A DNA stretch of 63,111 bases, counting the filler, from Chiloscyllium plagiosum (taxonomy: Eukaryota), in the NCBI RefSeq assembly GCF_004010195.1. It is 5 parts of one record of this genome, joined end to end, with 100 filler letters (N's around TTAATTAATTAA, not from the genome) between each part and the next. Parts side by side here need not be neighbours in the genome. Positions count along the whole stretch, not along the records: positions 59,672 to 63,111 come from NC_057717.1; 4 more parts are not named here. One strand, given 5' to 3'. Made by a program: the position numbers and the translations under genes. The notes beneath the pieces were generated by a model, which was not told the origin of the DNA, did no database searches, and was given only the letters and a program-made list of their open reading frames with translations. Positions 62,018 through 63,111 of this stretch are shown here, piece by piece; position 1 is the stretch's first letter, and every line of letters starts with the position of its first letter.

Positions 62018-63023
62018 GGAACAATCTTTGTATAGCACCTCATAAAGCAGGCGGTTAGTGGATCCAAGCCGTTGCATGGCCTTCACAGAATAATAAATGT
62101 CGTTTAACAGTTTTACTTATCCATTTTAAAGTCTGGAACATTCATTGTGGAAACGAGAGAACAGTCTGATCCCACTCTCTGCAGGCGCCTCCATGTCACT
62201 GGGAACCAGCTCTACTACAACTGGGAACGACTCCCTTAGATAATTTCAGTCCGTTTTCTGTTCACATGTTTTCTCATTGTGCCGGAGCCGAGATGAGGTT
62301 TGAATTCCTGACGTGCAAGAACGGGTGTCCTTTCAATGTTTCACATTGTTTCTTTTCCCAAGAATATCAGACTCAACGTATCAGCCTCTAAAAGCATGGG
62401 AAGGTGTCGGGCCTGTCTCTGCTCAGTTGAACAGTTCACCCTTCATTCTCCTCTGAATCCACTTCCCGAGTAATGTCTAAAGATTCACAAATCTGGAGAC
62501 TGGAATTTCTGTTTTGCTTGATAATTTTTGCCGAGCAACATTTTATCAGCAACTTTTTCACAATCTTTTGCTTTGCACCAGGTCCAGAGGTGAGGACATA
62601 ATATTTTGTGGAGAAATTCCCGACTCTGGGAACGTTCTCTTCGAAGCAAATAAGGTTAACGGGAGATTTCCTGGGGAAATTTACAATGATGTTGGAGGGA
62701 GCAGTGGGGATTGGAGGTTTGATTTTGCCTCTGACCAGTGCAACTCACCAGAGGACTGGAATTGAGGACATTTAATGGAAAACAGCATTTGTGTTGAATA
62801 AACTTTGCGAATTCTAAATAAACCCTACAGGTCTGAGATTGTCTGTGGTTGGAGGAACAGAGCGATGTTTTTGAGTCAGGTCCATTTCTGTTTCATAACC
62901 CAAGTTTCCTACATGTCGATGAATGAGCAGACCTGACAAAATGTGGAGTTATTGAGACGGACTTTCTGTAGTTTGAAGGAGACCTCATCCACGAAAGCCT
63001 TTTAAAAGCAACAGTGAAGGAAA

Positions 63024-63104
63024 CGTAGTCGTTTGATCAAAACCTGCGCGGGGAACCACAAATGGATATCTAATACATCGCCTTAACCACTCAGCCACAA
63101 CTAT
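63024..63104 (-). tRNA. tRNA-Ser(AGA), degenerate (probable pseudogene)
   Basis: Minus-strand ATAGTTGTGGCTGAGTGGTTAAGGCGATGTATT-AGA-TATCCATTTGTGGTTCCCCGCGCAGGTTTTGATCAAACGACTACG. The A box is intact and the long variable arm is present. The T arm/B box is broken. Confidence 0.85.
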
Positions 63105-63111
63105 AACCCTG

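Noticed and set aside
62286..62325. Fourth tRNA remnant (Ser-GCT-like 3' half, minus strand)
   Set aside because: The similarity is short and weak, with no anticodon or D arm.

Overview
Eukaryotic, repeat-dominated draft-assembly window. It is most likely from an elasmobranch (shark): this is inferred from HE1-type tRNA-SINEs with (TAATC)n tails, CR1/HER1-type LINEs with an esterase ORF1, and the Penelope termini. I found no convincing host protein-coding gene, CRISPR array or rRNA. Contents: many nested, mostly decayed CR1 LINE pieces, one with a young open RT 3' end; two Penelope-like (PLE) families, present as palindromic or very short insertions with recurrent ~13-bp target-site duplications and minimal hammerhead-ribozyme motifs; a ~45-copy 77-bp satellite built from the PLE terminus; a Gmr1-type Gypsy relic (integrase before RT); a Gypsy/CR1/RTE composite block repeated in tandem and inverted; an ERV1/epsilon-like pol relic; and three decayed same-strand tRNA genes (Ser, Asn, Ser) at the right end. 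Nine N-gaps break the window, four of them carrying an artificial TTAATTAATTAA linker, so long-range order and orientation are only as reliable as the scaffolding. All calls are by eye. Boundaries of old repeats are approximate.
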